Assembly: GCA_963789955.1 (NCBI GenBank)
Contig: CAWBMV010000034.1
Location: forward strand, 384,001 to 448,000
Direction: 5' to 3'
Length of the DNA: 64,000 nucleotides
Source of the DNA: an uncultured Candidatus Rokubacteria bacterium
GTDB lineage: Bacteria; Methylomirabilota; Methylomirabilia; Rokubacteriales; CSP1-6
Numbering within the stretch: position 1 is the stretch's first letter; each line of letters starts with the position of its first letter. Both the position numbers and the translations under genes were made by a program. This document shows positions 10,350-21,133 of the stretch, in pieces. Under the pieces are notes generated by a model. That model saw only the letters and a program-made list of their open reading frames with translations. It did no database searches and was not told where the DNA came from.

Positions 10350-11958
10350 GGCGGGCCGGCAGGGTGAGCGTGAAGGTCGTGCCCAGGCTGGGCGCGCTCC
10401 GAACGTCGATCTCGCCGCCGTGCTCCTGGACGACACGGTGGACCAGCGCGAGCCCGAGCCCGGTTCCCTCCGACTTGGTGGAGAAGAAGGGCTCGAACAC
10501 GTGCGAGATGTCGGCGGCGGCGATGCCCTCGCCGGTATCGCTGATCGTGACCTCGAGCGTGTCGCCGCGGACGGCGACGGCGACCCGAAGCTCGCCGCCC
10601 TCCGGCATCGCCTCGACCGCGTTCAAGCACAGATTCCAGAGAATCTGTCGGAACTGCTGCGCGTCGACCGGCCACATGACGGACGGCGCGAACTCTCGAG
10701 CCACCTTCAGGCTGCCGGGCGCGGCGCGATGCTCCAGCAGCACCAGCACCTCCTCGGCGGCGGCCGCCACGTCGAAGGTCGTGATCGACAGCGGCGCGGG
10801 CCGCGCGTATTCGAGGAAGTTCTTGATGATGTGGTTGAGCCGCTCGGACTCGCGCGCCACGATCTGCGAGAGCCGCTCGCGGGCGTCCTCGGCGGTGTTG
10901 GGGCTGGTGAGGACCTCGATCGCGCCGGTGAGAGACGCGAGCGGGTTGCGAATCTCGTGCGCGATGTTCGCGGACATTCGCCCGAGCGTCGCCAGACGGT
11001 CGGCTTGCCGCATCCGCGACTCCATGGCGCGAATCGCCGAAAGGTCCTCGCAGGCGCTGATGAGTCCCAGCCGCTCGCCCTCGCCCGAGCGCAGGGCCGA
11101 AAAGGTCATGCGCACGGGGACCGTCGAGCCGTCGGGCCGGCGTAGCGCCGTCTCATGCCGCATCGACGCGCGCGGGTTGCCGTCGATCGTGGCCTCGATC
11201 GAGGCCAGGGGCACCGCCGCGCCGATCAGCGCCGGCCAATGGCTGCCGATCGCCTGGGCGGCCGTCACGCCGATGATCTCCTCGGCGGCGCGATTGAACG
11301 CGGTGATTCGATGCGCGCGATCGAGCGCGATCAGGCCGGTGCCGGCGGACTGAAAGATCAGGTCCTTGAAGGCCTGCAGGTCGCGCAGATCCTTCTGCCG
11401 GGTCTCGAGCTCCTGGCTGGTGGCGCGGTATCGCTCGCCGAGGCCGCCGGCGACGATCGCGACGACGAGGAGCGTCGCCGCGTTGAGAAACATCGTCACC
11501 AGCTCGAGCGCCGTCGTCTCCTGGGGCGCGTCGAGGAACAGCGTGAGCGGCAGCACGGTGCGCGCGATCACGATTCCGGTATAGAGCACGCTGCAAGCCG
11601 CCGCGATGGCGAGGCCGCGCGTGCGGGACAACATCACGCACGCGGCGGTGACCGAGAGCACGTACAGGAAGGCGAAGATCGACCGCGAGCCGCCGGTGGC
11701 CGCCACCACCGCGGTGATGAGCGCGGAGTCGAGCAGGCAGATGAACCACGCGAGGCGGCGCGGCTGGGCCGGCGGGCCGAGCAGCAGCATCGCGCTCGAT
11801 GACGCGAGCGCGATGATCAGCGCGGTGGCGAGAATCTGGCTCTCGCCCGGCATGAGGCCGGACGGCACGAACGGCGCGAGCGCCAGGAGGACCAGCGAGA
11901 CCCCGAGCCGCGCCCAGGCAAATCCCTGGAGCGGCCCGCCGACGGTGAGCGCTTTCAC
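10342..11958 (-). CDS. pilS: Sensor histidine kinase PilS
   Basis: About 6 N-terminal TMs, PAS, 'AHEIRNPL' H-box, 'PFFSTK..GTGLGL'. Confidence 0.9.
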
Positions 11959-11962
11959 TACG

Positions 11963-13165
11963 TCACTTCATTATGGTGACCAGACGGAAGATCGGAAGGT
12001 ACATCGCGACCACGAGGCCACCGACGACGACGCCCAGAAAGACGATCATGATCGGCTCGAGCAGCGACGTGAGCGCCGTGACCGCGGTATCGACCTCGTC
12101 ATCGTAGAAGTCGGCGATTTTCGAGAGCATCTGGTCGAGCGCGCCGGTGTTCTCGCCGACGCTGATCATGTGCACGACCATGGGCGGGAAGACGGTGCTT
12201 CCCTTGAGCGGCTCGGAGAGCGTCCGGCCCGAGGTGACGGCGGTCCGCGCCTGCATGACCGTCCGCTCGACGACGCGGTTGCCGGCCGAGCGCGCGGTGA
12301 TGAGCAGGCCTTCCAGGATCGGAACGCCGGAGGAGATGAGCGTGCCGAGCGTCCGGGTGAAGCGCGCGACGGCGACCTTACGAATGAGCATGCCGACGAC
12401 CGGCACTTTCAACAGGAACGCGTCGATCACGTTGCTGCCCTGGTCGGTGTTGTAGTAGCGCTTGAGCGCGTAGATCATGCCGGCGCCCACGCCCACCATG
12501 ATGAGCACGTACTTCTGCGTGAACTCCGAGATGAACATGACGATCTTCGTGGGCAGCGGGAGATCGGCGCCGAGACCCTGGAACATCTTGGCGAAGGTGG
12601 GGATGACGAAGATCATCATGAACACGATGACCAGCACCGCCACGCTGATGATCGTGATGGGGTAGACCATGGCCCCCTTCACCTTGCTCTTGAGCTTGGC
12701 GGCCTTCTCGATGTAGCCCGACAGACGCTGGAGGACGACGTCGAGCACACCGCCCGACTCACCGACCTGCAGCATGTTCGTGAACAGATCGTTGAAGACC
12801 TTGGGGTACTTCCGAAACGACTCGGCCAGAGTCGCGCCGCCTTCGACCTCGCGCGCGATCTTGCCGGTGACTTCCCGTAGACTCTTGGAGTCGCTCTGCT
12901 CCGACAGGATCGCGAGGCATTGCGCGATCGGGAGCCCGGCGTCCACCATCGTGGAGAACTGCCGCGTGTAGATCGCCAGGTCCTTGTCCTTGACCTTGCC
13001 GCCGATCTTCTTGATGCCGACGGGCTTGGCCGTGCGCTCCTGCACCGAGGTGGCGACGACGCCCCTCGCCCGCAGGGCCGTGACGGCGGCGGGTCGGTCG
13101 TTCGCTTCGATCTCGCCGGAGACGACGGCTCCGCCGGATCGGCCGCGAAACGCGTACATGGCCAT
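11963..13165 (-). CDS. pilC: Type IV pilus platform protein PilC
   Basis: 'RQFSTMVDAGLP', 'GESGGVLD', 'KVKGAMVYP', 'MYLPIF'. Confidence 0.95.
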   Translation of the reverse strand: MAMYAFRGRSGGAVVSGEIEANDRPAAVTALRARGVVATSVQERTAKPVGIKKIGGKVKDKDLAIYTRQFSTMVDAGLPIAQCLAILSEQSDSKSLREVTGKIAREVEGGATLAESFRKYPKVFNDLFTNMLQVGESGGVLDVVLQRLSGYIEKAAKLKSKVKGAMVYPITIISVAVLVIVFMMIFVIPTFAKMFQGLGADLPLPTKIVMFISEFTQKYVLIMVGVGAGMIYALKRYYNTDQGSNVIDAFLLKVPVVGMLIRKVAVARFTRTLGTLISSGVPILEGLLITARSAGNRVVERTVMQARTAVTSGRTLSEPLKGSTVFPPMVVHMISVGENTGALDQMLSKIADFYDDEVDTAVTALTSLLEPIMIVFLGVVVGGLVVAMYLPIFRLVTIMK

Positions 13166-13179
13166 GATCTGCGCTCCTC

Positions 13180-14298
13180 CTACCGTTTGGCGAACGGTGA
13201 AGCGCCGGCGCCCGCACTGGCAGTGGCGGCCGGACCTTCGTGCGCGAGAAGCTGCAGAAGCTCCTCGACCAGCGTCGATCTGTTCAGCGCGTCTTCCTTG
13301 GTGATCAGGTGGCGCTTCGTCAGATCAGCCAGGGACTGATTCATCGTCTGCATGCCGAACTTCTGCCCGGTGGCGATCGCCGAGTACACCTGGTGGATCT
13401 TCTCCTCACGGATGAGGTTCCGGATGGCCGGCGTGGCCACCATGATCTCGAGCGACATCACCCGCCCGCCGCCGACCTTGGGAATCAGAGTCTGGGAGAG
13501 CACGCCCTCCAGCACGAGCGCCAGCTGGGCCCGCACCTGCGCCTGCTGCGCGGTCGGGAACACGTCGATGATTCGGTTCATGGTCTGGGCGCACGAGTTC
13601 GTGTGCAACGTGCCGAACGTCAAGTGGCCGGTCTCGGCGATCGTCAGCGCCGCCGCGATCGTCTCGAGGTCGCGCATCTCGCCGACCAGGACGACGTCCG
13701 GGTCCTGACGGAGGATCGACTTGAGCGCCTTGGTGAACGATTGCGTGTCGGCGAAGACCTCGCGCTGGTTGACCAGACAATTCTTGTGGGGATGCACGAA
13801 CTCGATCGGATCCTCGATCGTCATGATGTGGTCGTGGCGCTCGCTGTTGATCTTGTCGATCATCGCGGCGAGTGTCGTCGACTTGCCGGACCCGGTCGGT
13901 CCGGTCACGAGGATCAGCCCCTTCGGCCGGTCGGCCAGCTGTTGCACGATCTGCGGCAAGCCGAGCTCGTCGAACGAGCGGATCTTGTACGGAATGACGC
14001 GGATCGCGCAGCCAACCGCGCCGCGCTGCCGATAGACGTTACAGCGGAAGCGCGCGAGGCCCTGGATACCGAACGAGAGGTCGAGCTCGTTCTCTTCCTC
14101 GAACTTCTGCTTCTGACCTTCGTTCAGGACGCTGTACGACAGCCGCTGGGTGTCCTGCGGCGTCAGGACCTCAAACTGGGTGAGCTGGTTGAGTCGACCG
14201 CTGACGCGGATCTGCGGATACGTCCCGCTCGTGATGTGCAGGTCCGACGCGCCACGGTCCACCATAAGCTGCAGAAGATCGGCCATGTTGGCGGCCAT
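13180..14298 (-). CDS. pilT: Retraction ATPase PilT
   Basis: Walker A GPTGSGKS, 'LRQDPDVVLVGEMRD', AIRNLIRE motif, 'GMQTMNQ'. Confidence 0.96.
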   Translation of the reverse strand: MAANMADLLQLMVDRGASDLHITSGTYPQIRVSGRLNQLTQFEVLTPQDTQRLSYSVLNEGQKQKFEEENELDLSFGIQGLARFRCNVYRQRGAVGCAIRVIPYKIRSFDELGLPQIVQQLADRPKGLILVTGPTGSGKSTTLAAMIDKINSERHDHIMTIEDPIEFVHPHKNCLVNQREVFADTQSFTKALKSILRQDPDVVLVGEMRDLETIAAALTIAETGHLTFGTLHTNSCAQTMNRIIDVFPTAQQAQVRAQLALVLEGVLSQTLIPKVGGGRVMSLEIMVATPAIRNLIREEKIHQVYSAIATGQKFGMQTMNQSLADLTKRHLITKEDALNRSTLVEELLQLLAHEGPAATASAGAGASPFAKR

Positions 14299-14325
14299 CG
14301 TGCCTCCCGACGGAAATGCCCCTGT

Positions 14326-16068
14326 TTAAGACAGGGTAACTCTGAGGACTTCCTCGATCGTCGTAGTTCCTTCAATGACCTTCATGAGGCCGGCTTGCCG
14401 CAGAGACCTCATACCCGCCGTCTCGGCGATCGACCGCAGCTCGGCGGTCGAAGCATTCTTGAGGATGGCGCTGCGGAGCTCCTCGCCGACCGGCATCACC
14501 TCGTAGATCGCGACGCGGCCCTTCATTCCCGTGAAGTTACAGGTCGCGCAGCCCTTGCCCTTGTAGAACTGCATCTTCCCTTTCCCGGTCGGGACGTGGC
14601 CATATTGCACGAGGCTTTCCTCGTCGGCGTCGTAGGGCTCCCGGCACTGTTTGCACACCTTGCGGCCGAGGCGCTGGGCCAGGACGAGCAGCAGCGACGA
14701 CGCCACCAGGAACGACGGGATCCCCATGTCGAGGAGCCGCGCGATCGTCGAGGGGCAATCGTTGGTGTGCAGGGTGGAGAAGACCAGGTGGCCGGTGAGC
14801 GCGGCACGGATGCTGATCTGCGCGGTCTCGAGGTCGCGCGTCTCACCGACGAGGATGACGTCGGGGTCCTGACGCAGGAAGGAGCGTAGCGCGGCGGCGA
14901 ACGTCCGGCCGACGCCCTCGTTGATCTGGACCTGGTTGACGCCCTTCAGGTTGTACTCGACCGGATCCTCGGCGGTCATGATGTTCACGTCCGGCGAGTT
15001 GATCGTGTGGATCCCCGAGTAGAGCGTGGTCGTCTTGCCGGAGCCGGTCGGTCCGGTGATCAGGACCATCCCGTAGGGCTGGTGGATCGCGGCGCTGAAC
15101 TTCTCGAGGCTCCATTCGTCGAAGCCGAGCTGCGTCATGTCGAGCTTCAGCGCTTCCTTGTCGAGGATTCGGAGAACCGCCTTCTCGCCGAAGATCGTCG
15201 GCAGGGTCGAGACACGGAAGTCGATCTCGCGGTTGTTGTAGCGAAGCTTGATGCGGCCGTCCTGCGGCAGCCGGCGCTCGGCGATGTCGAGGTTCGACAT
15301 GATCTTCAGGCGCGAGAGGATCGCCGACTCCAGCCGCTTCGGCGGCGCCAGCATCTCGTGCAGGACGCCGTCCATGCGGAAGCGGATGCGGAAGATCTTC
15401 TCGTACGACTCGAAGTGGATGTCCGAGGCGCCCTTCTGGATCGCATCGACCAGCACCATGTTGACCAGCTTCACGACCGGCGCTTCGTCGGCCGACTCCT
15501 TCAGCTCGAAGACGTCGACCTTGGCGCCCTCTTCGCCTTCCTCGACAACCTCGACGTTGGAGAGGTCGGTCTGCATGTCCGACAGGACGCTGGAGATGGC
15601 CTCGGTCTTCGACTCGTAGTTCCGGTCGACCGCCTTCTTGATCGCGGTCTGTGAGGCGACCAGCGGCAACACCTGGAGGTTCGTCATGAACGAGATGTCG
15701 TCCAGGGCGAAGACGTTGGTCGGATCGGCCATCGCGAGCGCGAGGGAGTTGCCCATCCTCCGGACCGGGATCACCTCGTACTTCCGCGCGATGGGCGCCG
15801 GCACGAGCTTCAAGACGTCCGGATCGATGTCGAGCTGGCCGAGCGTGATCGATGGGACGCCGTACTGTCGCGACAGGAATCCGATGAGTTGATCTTCGTT
15901 GACGAAGTTCAGCCGGATGAGGACCGAGCCGAGCTTCTCGGGCGAGCCCTTCTGCTCCGCGAGCGCCTTCTTGAGCTGCTCGGCGGTGAGAAGGCCGTCC
16001 GCGACGAGGAGGTCCCCGAGACGGCGGTTGACAGGCTGCCCAAGCTTCACCTGTTGCTGCTGAGCCAT
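14326..16068 (-). CDS. pilB: Extension ATPase PilB
   Basis: MshEN-like N-terminus (RLGDLLV..GLL), 'ERRLPQDGR', GPTGSGKT, zinc CxxC motifs. Confidence 0.96.
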   Translation of the reverse strand: MAQQQQVKLGQPVNRRLGDLLVADGLLTAEQLKKALAEQKGSPEKLGSVLIRLNFVNEDQLIGFLSRQYGVPSITLGQLDIDPDVLKLVPAPIARKYEVIPVRRMGNSLALAMADPTNVFALDDISFMTNLQVLPLVASQTAIKKAVDRNYESKTEAISSVLSDMQTDLSNVEVVEEGEEGAKVDVFELKESADEAPVVKLVNMVLVDAIQKGASDIHFESYEKIFRIRFRMDGVLHEMLAPPKRLESAILSRLKIMSNLDIAERRLPQDGRIKLRYNNREIDFRVSTLPTIFGEKAVLRILDKEALKLDMTQLGFDEWSLEKFSAAIHQPYGMVLITGPTGSGKTTTLYSGIHTINSPDVNIMTAEDPVEYNLKGVNQVQINEGVGRTFAAALRSFLRQDPDVILVGETRDLETAQISIRAALTGHLVFSTLHTNDCPSTIARLLDMGIPSFLVASSLLLVLAQRLGRKVCKQCREPYDADEESLVQYGHVPTGKGKMQFYKGKGCATCNFTGMKGRVAIYEVMPVGEELRSAILKNASTAELRSIAETAGMRSLRQAGLMKVIEGTTTIEEVLRVTLS

Positions 16069-16077
16069 TGTAATCTT

Positions 16078-16614
16078 CTACTGTACCCCACCGAGTCGTT
16101 TCAACGTATCGGTAAAGGCCTTGTACGCATCGTCCTGATAAAGAACGAAAACGACTCGTTTCAGGCCCGTGGGGCTGCCCTTCAAATGAGACACCACAGC
16201 GTTCAACATCGCGTTCGCCGACACGGCCGGAGGGACGTGTCCGACTCCGGTGCCGAGTGCGGGGAGCGCCAGGGACGTGATGCGATGCTTGGCCGCGAGC
16301 GCCAGCACCGCGCGGGTCGTCGTCGCGATTTTCTCGCCGTCCGTCTGGAGGTCGGGGCCCATGACCGCCGCGTGGATCACGTGCGTCGCGGCGAGGTTGC
16401 CGCCGGTGGTCAAGACGGCCTCGCCGACTTCGACGGGGCCCTGTCGCATCGCCTCTTCCTCGATGATGACGCCGCCTTTTCGCTTGATGGCGCCGGCGAC
16501 ACCGGTGCCCATGGCGAGCGTCGAGTTCGCCGCATTGATAATCGCGTCGACTTCCCAGTCGGTGATGTCACCGCGCTCGATTGCGATGGATGATTGACCG
16601 ATCCTGAGCCTCAT
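16078..16614 (-). CDS. Macrodomain (ADP-ribose binding/hydrolase) protein
   Basis: 'GDIT', 'AIINAAN', 'GTGVAGAI', 'VIHAA', 'PALGTGVG'; ATGA overlap with mazG. Confidence 0.9.
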   Translation of the reverse strand: MRLRIGQSSIAIERGDITDWEVDAIINAANSTLAMGTGVAGAIKRKGGVIIEEEAMRQGPVEVGEAVLTTGGNLAATHVIHAAVMGPDLQTDGEKIATTTRAVLALAAKHRITSLALPALGTGVGHVPPAVSANAMLNAVVSHLKGSPTGLKRVVFVLYQDDAYKAFTDTLKRLGGVQ

Positions 16615-17420
16615 GACCGTTTCTCGCCGCGCTCTCCAGCTTTCGCCGCCTCCCACGACCGCTCCAGCTCATCAGGCGTCACCGCGCTGACCGACGTCCC
16701 GCGCGCGGTCAGCTCCGCTTCCATGCTCGTGAAGCGCCGGCGGAACTTCTCGATCGCGCCGTGGAGCGCGTCGTCGGCGTCGAGCGCCGAGAGCCGCGCG
16801 ACGTTCACGAGCGAAAAGAGCGCGTCGCCCAGCTCGTCGCGGATGCGTCGCGCGTCGCCCGAGGCCAGCGCTTCGCCCGCTTCACGAATCTCCTCCTCGA
16901 CCTTGGTCCACGCCGCGCGCGCGTCGGGCCAGTCGAAATTCACGCGTGCGGCCTTGCTCTGAACTCGCTGCGCGCGCAGCAACGACGGGAGCGCGCGCGG
17001 GACACCGTCCAGAAGCGATCGCCGCTGGCCTCGCTCCTCGGCCTCACGCTGCTTGATCGCTTCCCACTGAACGAGCGCCTCGTTCGCGGTGCCGACCGCG
17101 GCGTCGCCGAAGACATGAGGGTGACGGCGAATCATCTTGTCGATGAGTTGCCCGAGCAGGTCGGTCATGGTGAAGTCGCCGCGCTCCTCGGCGAGGCGAG
17201 CATGGAAGACGACTTGAAACAGCAGGTCGCCCAGCTCCTCGCGCACGGCCGCGCTCCGGCCGGACTCGATCGCTTCCAAGACTTCGTACGCTTCCTCGAT
17301 GAGAAAAGGCTTGAGTGATGTGGGCGTCTGCTCGCGATCCCATGGGCAGCCACCGGGTTCGCGGAGTTGCTTCATGACGTCCAAGAGCCGTTGAAAGAGA
17401 ACACCGGGGGAGTCGGTCAT
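16611..17420 (-). CDS. mazG: Nucleoside triphosphate pyrophosphohydrolase MazG
   Basis: 'GCPWDREQT', 'EEAYEV', 'EELGDLL', 'IRRHPHVF', second 'ELGDALF' domain. Confidence 0.95.
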   Translation of the reverse strand: MTDSPGVLFQRLLDVMKQLREPGGCPWDREQTPTSLKPFLIEEAYEVLEAIESGRSAAVREELGDLLFQVVFHARLAEERGDFTMTDLLGQLIDKMIRRHPHVFGDAAVGTANEALVQWEAIKQREAEERGQRRSLLDGVPRALPSLLRAQRVQSKAARVNFDWPDARAAWTKVEEEIREAGEALASGDARRIRDELGDALFSLVNVARLSALDADDALHGAIEKFRRRFTSMEAELTARGTSVSAVTPDELERSWEAAKAGERGEKRS

Positions 17421-17482
17421 TTCCGTTCCTGGGGCTAACCGATTATACAGCAAGGGTTTTCGCCTGTGCTAGGCTCACCCTG

Positions 17483-17866
17483 ATGGCGCCGGGCGAACCC
17501 GAAGACGTATTCAAGGTCACCGACAGACGTCGCCGGCTGGACGATGACGACGCCCCGCGCCCGGCGCCGGCCGCCGCCGAGCCACCACAAGTTGCGCCAG
17601 TCGATTTGAGCCCTGCCGGCGAGCGGAGCCTGGCGGGGCTCTTCATGATGCTCGCAAGCTCGGCGGTCGTCGCGCTGGGGGAGGCGCCCGATCCCCTCAC
17701 GGGCCAACGTCAGGTCGACCTGGCTCAAGCCGCAGACGCGATCGATCTGCTGATCTTGCTACGAGAGAAGACCGAAGGAAACCGGTCACCCGAAGAGAAC
17801 CGGATACTGGAGGAAGTGCTGTACGACCTCCAGCTTCGCTACGTCCACGCTACGAAGACGTCTTGA
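17483..17866 (+). CDS. DUF1844-like protein
   Basis: 'ALG..PDP.TG....DL..A...ID.L..L.EKT.GN....E...L...LY.LQLRYV' pattern. Confidence 0.8.
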   Translation: MAPGEPEDVFKVTDRRRRLDDDDAPRPAPAAAEPPQVAPVDLSPAGERSLAGLFMMLASSAVVALGEAPDPLTGQRQVDLAQAADAIDLLILLREKTEGNRSPEENRILEEVLYDLQLRYVHATKTS

Positions 17867-18500
17867 TCACGACGGCCCCAGGGTCAATCGTGAGCCCCTC
17901 CACGGACTCCGGCATCCGCCACCGCAGCAGAGCCTGAACTGCCGGGTTCGGCAGGAGCCTCAGGAACGTGGCCGGTAACGGCTGGCGCCCGATCGCGAAG
18001 CGCAGAACGTCGAAGCGAAGGTAACGACGCTGGCTCCGGGTGGCTCCTAGTTCCAGGCTGGCCCTGGCGTTGAGATGGAGCCAGACCCGGCGCTCGAGCC
18101 ATGCGGCCGGGACGAGGTTCTCGAGCGACATCAAGGGCGAGGCCGAGAGGAGATCGCGGAGCGGCAACAAGCCCTTGAATTCGACGACTCCATCCCCGGC
18201 CAAGCGAAGCGCCCGAACCGCGAAGGGCATCTTCGCGACCTCGACAAGGTTCTTGGACAGGAAGCGGTTCAGCTCGGCCTCGGTCATGACGACCTGATGT
18301 GGCCGGCTCCGGGATCTCGAGTCTTCGCCGCGGATCAGCTCGAAGATCTTCTGTTGAGCCCGTAGACCGTCTTCCGGAGACCCCTGGACTGCGACCACGT
18401 CCGGCTCCTGGGTGAGCCTCGAGCCTACCCACAACGCTGCGCCACCGACTCCCAGAAGCGCGACGATGCCGCCGATGACCAGGACGCACCCGGAGCGCAC
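17850..18500 (-). CDS. Hypothetical membrane-anchored protein
   Basis: N-terminal TM followed by a soluble domain ('TEAELNRFL'); no family recognised. Confidence 0.6.
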   Translation of the reverse strand: MRSGCVLVIGGIVALLGVGGAALWVGSRLTQEPDVVAVQGSPEDGLRAQQKIFELIRGEDSRSRSRPHQVVMTEAELNRFLSKNLVEVAKMPFAVRALRLAGDGVVEFKGLLPLRDLLSASPLMSLENLVPAAWLERRVWLHLNARASLELGATRSQRRYLRFDVLRFAIGRQPLPATFLRLLPNPAVQALLRWRMPESVEGLTIDPGAVVIKTSS

Positions 18501-18559
18501 CGGCCAACCCTACCACCGCCAGGTTCAAGTGCCTTACTTCGTTAGATTCTATCCATGAT

Positions 18560-18604
18560 TTGACAGTCTGATAACTCAGATGATATATAACTTGCGTACT
18601 CAAG
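18560..18604 (+). promoter_or_regulatory. Sigma70 promoter of the heat-shock operon overlapped by HAIR-like (HspR) half-sites
   Basis: TTGACA at 18560-18565, extended -10 TGnTATATA at 18581-18589; ACTCAG at 18574 and CTTGCGTACTCAAG at 18591-18604. Confidence 0.65.
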
Positions 18605-18656
18605 AGATGCCGGGACCCACAAGGGGCCGGCCGAGAGCCACAGGAGGGCTTTTGAA

Positions 18657-19121
18657 ATGGCGATTGAGCGTTGGCGTCCGTTCGTGTCCGTCGAGAGATG
18701 GGATCCGTTCCGGAACATGTCCGATATGCAGGGAGAGGTGAACCGACTCTTCGACAGCTTCCTCGGGAGACCCGCGGCCTCGGTACCACGCACCTGGGCG
18801 CCTGTTCTGGATATTCACGAGACCAAGGATGAGCTCGTTCTGAACTTCGAGCTTCCAGGCGTCACCGACAAGGATGTGTCCCTGTCGATCACCGGAGATC
18901 TGCTGACCCTGAAGGGGGAGCGCGCGGCCAACCGAGACGTCAAGGACGAGAGCGTGCATCACGTCGAGCGCGTCTACGGGAAGTTCGAACGCAGCGTGCA
19001 GCTGCCGATGCCCGTGCAGGCCGATAAGGTGAAGGCGACGTACCGCGATGGGGTGCTCGAGGTGAAGCTTCCGAAGGTGGAAGAGGTAAAGCCCAAGGCG
19101 ATCAAGATCGACATCATCTAG
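18657..19121 (+). CDS. Small heat-shock protein Hsp20/alpha-crystallin
   Basis: 'WAPVLDIHET', 'ELPGV', 'ERVYGKFERS', 'ATYRDGVLEV.LPK'. Confidence 0.95.
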   Translation: MAIERWRPFVSVERWDPFRNMSDMQGEVNRLFDSFLGRPAASVPRTWAPVLDIHETKDELVLNFELPGVTDKDVSLSITGDLLTLKGERAANRDVKDESVHHVERVYGKFERSVQLPMPVQADKVKATYRDGVLEVKLPKVEEVKPKAIKIDII

Positions 19122-19144
19122 TCGATCGAGCTGTGTGGAGTGAC

Positions 19145-19174
19145 GCGACGGAGCGGATCGACCCGCTCCGTCGC
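19145..19174 (+). other. 12-bp intergenic hairpin between hsp20 and dnaK
   Basis: GCGACGGAGCGG-atcgac-CCGCTCCGTCGC; no U-tract. Confidence 0.55.
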
Positions 19175-19206
19175 CATAGAAAGACCAAGGAGAAGGGGGA
19201 TTCGAC

Positions 19207-21127
19207 ATGGCGAAGGTGATCGGCATTGACCTCGGGACGACCAACTCAGTCGTGGCGGTCGTCGAGGGCGGCAATCCCACGGTGATCGCGAACCAGGAGG
19301 GCAGCCGACTGACGCCCTCGGTCGCGGGATTCACGAAGGAAGGCGAGATTCTCGTCGGACAGGTCGCCAAACGGCAGGCGATCACGAATCCCGAGAACAC
19401 CGTGTTCTCGATCAAACGATTCATGGGGCGCCGCTACGACGAGGTGCTCCAGGAGACCAAGCTCGTCCCGTACAAGGTGGCCAAGGCCGCGAACGGCGAC
19501 GTCCGGATCGAAGTACGGGGCAAGCAGTATTCCCCGCCCGAGATCTCGGCCATGATTCTGCGAAAGCTGAAGGAGGCCGCCGAGGCGTATCTGGGTGAGA
19601 AGGTCACCCAAGCCGTCATCACCGTGCCCGCCTACTTCAACGACAGCCAGCGGCAGGCGACCAAGGACGCCGGCCGCGTGGCCGGTCTCGAAGTGCTGCG
19701 CATCATCAACGAGCCGACCGCGGCGGCGCTGGCCTACGGTCTCGACAAGAAGAAGGACGAGACGATCGCCGTCTACGACCTCGGCGGTGGAACCTTCGAC
19801 ATCTCGATTCTCGAGATCGGCGAGGGAGTCTTCGAGGTCAAGGCGACCAACGGCGACACCCACCTGGGCGGCGACGACTTCGACCAGCGCGTGATGGACT
19901 GGATCGCCGGGGAGTTCAAGAAGGAGCACGGGATCGATCTGCTGAAGGACCGGATGGCCCTTCAGCGGTTGAAGGAAGCGGCCGAGAAGGCGAAGTGCGA
20001 GCTCTCGACGACCTTGCAGACCGAGATCAACCTGCCCTTCATCACGGCCGACGCGAGCGGGCCCCAAGCACCTGGTGCTCACACTGACCAGGGCCAAGCT
20101 CGAGGCCCTCGTGGCCGATCTCGTCGAGCGCACCCTCGGCCCGTGCCGACAGGCGATGCAGGACGCCGGCGTGAGCCCGAAGGACATCAACGAGGTCATC
20201 CTCGTGGGTGGTCAGATTCGGATGCCGAAGGTTCAGGAGGCCGTCAAGCAGCTCTTCGGCCGCGAGCCCCACAAGGGCGTCAACCCGGACGAGGTCGTGG
20301 CGGTCGGCGCGGCGGTGCAGGGCGCGGTGCTCACGGGCGAGGTCAAGGATCTCCTGCTCCTCGACGTCACGCCGCTCTCGCTCGGAATCGAGACGCTCGG
20401 CGGCGTGATGACTCCGCTGATCACCCGCAACACGACGATCCCGACGAAGAAGAGCGAGGTCTTCACGACGGCGGCCGACAACCAGACCTCCGTCGAAGTC
20501 CACGTGATGCAGGGCGAGCGACCCATGGCGCGTGACAACCGGACGCTCGGGAAGTTCCACCTGGTGGGCATCCCACCGGCGCCGCGGCAAATGCCGCAGA
20601 TCGAAGTGACGTTCGACATCGACGCGAACGGCATCCTGAACGTCGCCGCGCAGGACAAGGCGACGGGCAAGCAGCAGAACATCACCATCACCGCGTCGTC
20701 CGGCCTGACCAAGGACGAGATCGACCGGATGGTGAAGGAAGCCGAGGCGAACTCCGCCGAGGACTCGAAGCGGAAGCAGGAGATCGAGGTGCGCAACCAG
20801 ACCGACTCGCTCGTCTACTCGACCGAGCGGACGCTCGGTGAGCACGGCGCCAAGCTGGCCGAGAACGATCGCAAGGCGATCGACGACGCGCTGGCCGAAG
20901 CGCGCGAGGCGCTGAAGGGCGAAGACATCGAGCGGATGAAGCGCGCGCAGGAGGGCCTGAGCCAGGCGTCGCACAAGCTCGCGGAGATCATGTACCGCGA
21001 GGCGCAGGCGCAGGGTCAGCCGGCCGGCTCGGGCGCGGCCAGCGGGCCGAGCCAGGGCGCGCCGGGTCCCAAGGAAGGCGAAGTGGTCGACGCCGACTTC
21101 GAGGATCTGGGCGACAAGAAGAAGTAA
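19207..21127 (+). CDS. dnaK: Chaperone DnaK (apparent +1 frameshift in the C-run at ~20062-20065)
   Basis: 'GIDLGTTNS', 'YDLGGGTFD', then in a second frame '[11 protein letters not shown]', 'VVDADFE'. Confidence 0.96.
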
Positions 21128-21133
21128 CGGGTC

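Noticed and set aside
20055..20070. Programmed frameshift in dnaK
   Set aside because: One extra C in a homopolymer, no slippery heptamer or stimulatory structure; matches the window-wide indel error pattern.
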